From Candidatus Latescibacterota bacterium (GTDB taxonomy: Bacteria; Latescibacterota; CBDEFO01): DNA of 64,000 nt. The translations under genes were made by a program, and so were the position numbers. The notes under the pieces were generated by a model. That model was not told the origin of the DNA and did no database searches. It worked only from the letters and a program-made list of their open reading frames with translations. Shown here piece by piece: positions 63,805 through 64,000 of this stretch (position 1 is the first letter of the stretch; each line of letters begins with the position of its first letter). The stretch spans positions 1,504,001 through 1,568,000 of the forward strand of contig OZ252149.1 of NCBI GenBank assembly GCA_965248755.1, read 5' to 3'.

Positions 63805-64000
63805 TCATTTAGCAACAATAATATCTACAAAGCTATTATTCACCCGTGTCTCAAAGATCCGAAGCGAATTCGGCGCCGGCCCCCGCACTACCTTTCCATC
63901 CAGATCGAACGTGGAACCGTGGCACGGACACCGCAGAAAGTTTCCTGAACTTCGCACTCGACAGCCCAGGTGTGTGCAGATTGCAGAGAGAGCCCTGAAC
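63805..64000 (-). CDS. Rieske [2Fe-2S] protein (3' part)
   Basis: Manual translation gives SAICTHLGC...RCPCHGSTFD...GPAP. Confidence 0.9.
   Translation of the reverse strand, partial: FRALSAICTHLGCRVRSSGNFLRCPCHGSTFDLDGKVVRGPAPNSLRIFETRVNNSFVDIIVAK

Overview
A bacterial chromosomal window of moderate GC. Gene style suggests an FCB-group lineage such as Latescibacterota or KSB1; this is an inference. The housekeeping backbone is secD (partial), PyrR-attenuated pyrR-pyrB-pyrC-carA, bioD, an RpoD-type sigma factor, secA, pgeF, the nusB/riboflavin cluster, carB, nnr, acpS, tRNA-Leu(GAG) and nfeD-stomatin. Mobile DNA comprises an IS481-like element, two inverted identical-looking IS256 copies, an IS3-family element that splits a hydrolase gene, and an internally deleted derivative of that IS3 element. 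Several pseudogenes are present. The most notable signal is a 21-bp hairpin, CCCCGATTGAATCTATCGGGG, with at least 8 copies. It appears inserted into itself, into other REP-like repeats, into a hicB gene (frameshift) and in frame into three intact genes including secA. Other candidates are a STAS/HATPase plus STAS-wHTH regulatory pair heading a nurA-HAS barrel-herA operon, an orphan iteron-type origin-like structure, a possible orphan RiPP precursor, and a RibBA whose DHBP-synthase active-site motif is degenerate. All calls come from reading the sequence by eye; no database searches were run.
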